Below are positions 60,431-64,000 of a stretch of 64,000 nucleotides of DNA, piece by piece; within the stretch, counting starts at the first letter, position 1; each line of letters begins with the position of its first letter. The position numbers were made by a program, and so were the translations under genes. The DNA is taken from NCBI RefSeq assembly GCF_046119375.1, contig NW_027366915.1:1-64000 (forward strand), written 5' to 3'. The notes beneath the pieces are model-generated. The model was given only the letters and a program-made list of their open reading frames with translations, did no database searches and had not been told where the DNA came from. Source of the stretch: Phyllobates terribilis (Eukaryota).

Positions 60431-63400
60431 TATTCTGAGAACAAAATTTCACCGTGTCAGATTCTAGTGATATTCTATATAGATAAATTTTTGATGGAGG
60501 TGCGATATACCTCGGTGTTATGTGCTGAATTATGCTAGAGCTAGCTTATTCCTCCGTCAAGACAGGGTTTTATTCAAGTTCTGATAATGATCGTATGGTT
60601 AGTATTGTTTTCCTTCGTGATAGTTAAGATTTGAACACAAAAAATGAGGGCTTATACCTGACGAGTATGGCTTCAAGGATAATACCTTCGTAACCTCATC
60701 ACGTTCCATGAATTCGCAATGCGGTTACCGGTAAATTCCTTTAGCATGTATGCGCCTGGGGCAACTTCTTCGTCTACGATGTACGGTCCTTCCCAGTTTG
60801 GGTCTGGTTTCCACCCTCGGTTTTTCGTAGAACGAGATCACCCTTCGCGAAACCTCTTATCTTGATGGACTTGTTGTAGTATTTTGCAACTCCGACTTTG
60901 TAGTTAGCGACTCGGATGGAAGCCACTGCCCTGATTTCTTCGTGAAGTTGGAGCTCCATCTGCATCTTCTCCTCATTCGCAATGTTGTCGAAGTGTAGCA
61001 TTCTGTCGTTGGGGAAAAGGTGTTCTACCGGGACAACTGCTTCTATCCCATAGGCCAACGCAAAAGGAGTTTCGCCTGTTGCCTTCTTGCTGGTGGTGCG
61101 GTTTGCCCATAGGACTAGCGGAAGTACCTCTGCCTATTTCCCTCGCGCGCCGTCTAAACGTTTTTCAAGTCATTGACAATGCTCTTGTTCGTAGCTTCTA
61201 CCTGACCGTTGCAGTGTGGGTGTGCCACTGACGCGAACTTTAGACGACTGCCCAGATCGTCACACCACTGTACTAGCTTCGGGGTATTGAACTGTGGTCC
61301 TCGGTCTGTGACAATTTACTGGGGTAGTCCATAGCGGCAAATGACATTCTGCCATAAAAACTTCTTCACATTAGCCAAAGTTGTGCTTGCAAGCGGTATA
61401 GCTTCGATCCACTTCGTGAAGTAATCTATCACCACAATGATGAACTCAAGCTGCCCGGGTGCTTTTGGTGAGAACGGTTCTAACAAATCCAAACCCCACA
61501 TCGCGAATGGGCAGGGACTTGCCATGATTTGCATCTCTACTCCCGACTGATGGGATGCCGGGGCGTGGCGCTGGCATGCCTGACACTCACGTGCATACTT
61601 CAGAGCGTCTTTCCTCATTGTTATCCAGTTAATGACCCTGACGCAATGCTTTGTACACCAAAGCCCTCCAACCGGCGTGCGTTCCGCATAGCCCGACATG
61701 AATTCTACAATCATATTTCTCCCATCCTCCTTAGAGAGGCATCGCAACTCTCGGCTCATGAACCCCCGCTTGTACAACTCTCCCTGGTTGATGTAGAATC
61801 GCGCAGCTTGTACTTTTAACTTCCTTTTCTTGCGAGGGCTCTCTAGGACCACACCGTCAGCCAAGTATTTCATGATCAGGCTTCTCCAATCATCAACAGC
61901 CATGTCTATAGCCATCATTTTGAACAGCTATCTTATCGCCCTCTGATCGCTTCGTCTAGTCCAGATGGGTTTACAATCCTTACTCTCTTCTCTTATTCTC
62001 AGTCTGGACGCTATCTTCGCGAGGTTGTCTGCCTCTTCATTCTTTTCACGAGGGATGATTGTGAGCAGGAACTGTTTAAAAAGAGAACACAGAGTCCCTG
62101 CTCTCGTGAGATATTTTGGTAGGTTACCGGTTTTGGCTTCGTATATTCCTTGCATCTGCTATACCACTACCTCGGAGTTGCAAAAACATTCCACCTTCTC
62201 GACTGAGTTTGCCAACGCAATCTCCATACCGGCTATTAATGCTTCGTACTCCGACTCATTATTGGTTGCCGCAAAATTCAGGTTGATTGCGTGTTTGTGG
62301 ATTATCCCCTCTGGCAAAATGAGAGCTACACCCGCCCCACATCCTTCTGCATTTACATCCCCATCCACATATAACTGCCATGTCTTTTCATCGGTTGTAC
62401 ATAGAGCTTCGCGGAAACTTGTTTTGGCTATAAAGTCTGCTAGTGCTTGTGCTTTGATGGATGGCCTTGGTCTGTACTCGATGTCGAACTCGGACAGTTC
62501 AATCACCCATTTCGTGAGTCGACCAGAAGTCGTAGGCATGTGAAGGAGAGAGTGAAAAGGTAAATTAGTCAATACCTGAACCGTGTGAGCATGGAAGTAT
62601 GGTCTTAACCTTCACGCAGCTACAACTAACGCGAAGACAGCTTTCTCGACTGGCGTGTAGTGTTCCTCGGTCGTGAGTAATGCCTTACTTACAAAATAAA
62701 CAGGTTTTTGAGCTTCACGAGTCAGCACCGCGCTTACTGCTCTCTCGCTTGCTGAGATGTACAGCTGCAGGCTCTCTCCTTCTATAGGGGAAGATAGCGT
62801 TGGCAGTTGGGTGAGATGTTCTTTAAGCCTGGCGAAAGCTTCTGTACATTCACTTGTCCACTGGAAATTCTTATGTCTTCTTAGCACGTCAAAAAATGGT
62901 AAGTTCCGTTCGGCCAGCTTCGCGCAGAACCTACCCAGATAATTCACCGACTCGACAAACTTGTACACCTCATTAATGCTTCTTGATGGTGCCATATCCA
63001 AGACTGCCTTGACTTTCGCGGGGTTCACCTCAATCCCACGGTAACTGATCTGAAAATCCAGAAATTTCCCTTCCGTCACCCAAAACCGCATTTCTCGGGG
63101 TTCAAGCTCATTCCATACTTTCGTAAAGTGTCAAATACTTTTGCCATGTCGCGTGCGTGATCTTCTTGCTTTTTACTCTTTACCACAATGTCATCTACGT
63201 ATGCCTTGACCGTTTTTCCCATCACCCCCTGAAGATTTTGTCTACCAGGCGCTGGAAAGTCACCCCCACATTCTTTAGACCAAACGGCATTACCTTATAA
63301 CAAAATATGCCCTTATCCGTGATGAACGCGGTGTGCTCAACATCTATGGGATTCATTGGCACCTGCTTGTATCCCTAGTACGCGTCAAGGAAGCTTAGCG

Positions 63401-64000
63401 CTTCGTGTCTCGCCATGGAGTCAACAAGTTGGTATACGGGCAGCGGGTAACTGTCTTTTGGGCATGCCTTGTTCAGGTCAGTGAAGTCTACGCACATTCG
63501 CCATTTACCAGTGTCCTTCTTTGGCACCATAACCACGTTCGCGAGCCACTTTGGGTACTGAACAGGCTCTACAAACCTTGCCTTTGCTAGCTCCACCCCC
63601 ATGGCCTCGTTCTTGGGCCCTGCTTGCTTTCTCTTTCGTTGCCTTCTCGGTACCGAATCTGGCTGAATGGCTAGGGAGTGGCTCATTACTTCTGGTGGTA
63701 TGCCTTTTAAGTCACGAGGGGTCCAGACGAAGACATCTCGTGAACCAAATAATAGCTTCACGATCCCCTCCGTGATTGACGGGTGTAGACCTTTTCCAAC
63801 GGATAACTTCTCATGCTCGGATTCAAACGAGGCGATGGTATCTCTCTGGATGGATTCAGGGCTTTTGCGTAGGTAGTCTGAACAGACTGGTGTCCGCGGA
63901 TCTAGTTCTGCTTCTTCGCCCTCCTCTAAGGAACTCATGAACACTTGGCTGGTATGAACTTCCTTTTGTTTACCCTTCTCTGCCGAATGATAACAAGTCT

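Larger units (their letters stand above)
56154..64000 (-). mobile_element. Tat/Retand-type Ty3/gypsy element, continuing beyond the right edge
   Basis: 3' LTR 56154-56655 (TGTTGG...CCAACA); PPT AGGGGGTGGA at 56656-56665. Pol fragments 60650-63990: RT WRMCVDFTDLNKACPKDSYPLP...LSFLDAY, RNaseH, archaeal-type aRH (WQLYVDG...ATNNESEYEALIAG) and integrase (PCPFAMWGLDLL...DYFTKWIEAIPL). Long 3' region containing an antisense gene. Confidence 0.95.

Noticed and set aside
61965-62543. 192-aa plus-strand ORF (and 40718-41302)
   Set aside because: Antisense shadows of Tat pol.
1-64000. Species or family assignment
   Set aside because: Gene content shows a eudicot, but nothing read by eye supports a narrower call.

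Overview
This is AT-rich nuclear DNA from a eudicot plant: a small gene island inside nested transposable elements. All family and orthologue calls come from motifs recognised by eye; no alignment or database search was run. Host genes: a 2-exon carboxylesterase (CXE11/16-like, minus, 22859-25894); a DYW-type PPR gene that reads as ELI1, split by one 1-nt frameshift (minus, 28574-30465); PUX1 (7 exons, plus, 30689-32300), head-to-head with ELI1; and an intronless F-box/FBA gene (minus, 46448-47512). A decayed copy of carboxylesterase exon 2 lies at 8517-9265, and a psbD plastid insertion at 28085-28355. Retroelements: four degenerate Sirevirus-type Ty1/copia elements (three with env-like ORFs), a Tekay/Del chromovirus, an Athila-like relic, a Tat relic, and a Tat/Retand element running off the right edge. 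DNA elements: several MITEs and a 5.4-kb DD39D plant mariner with both TIRs and TA target duplications. Most intriguing signals: (1) the mariner carries a second, convergent transcription unit, with a G-rich/telo-box promoter, a long repeat-bearing intron, and a small reading frame with a CCCH-like zinc finger, an NLS, a Pro-rich linker and a SUMO-interaction-like tail; (2) the Tat element has a reconstructable 4-exon antisense gene; (3) two Sireviruses carry in-frame splice sites that would fuse Gag to Pol; (4) the ELI1 frameshift.
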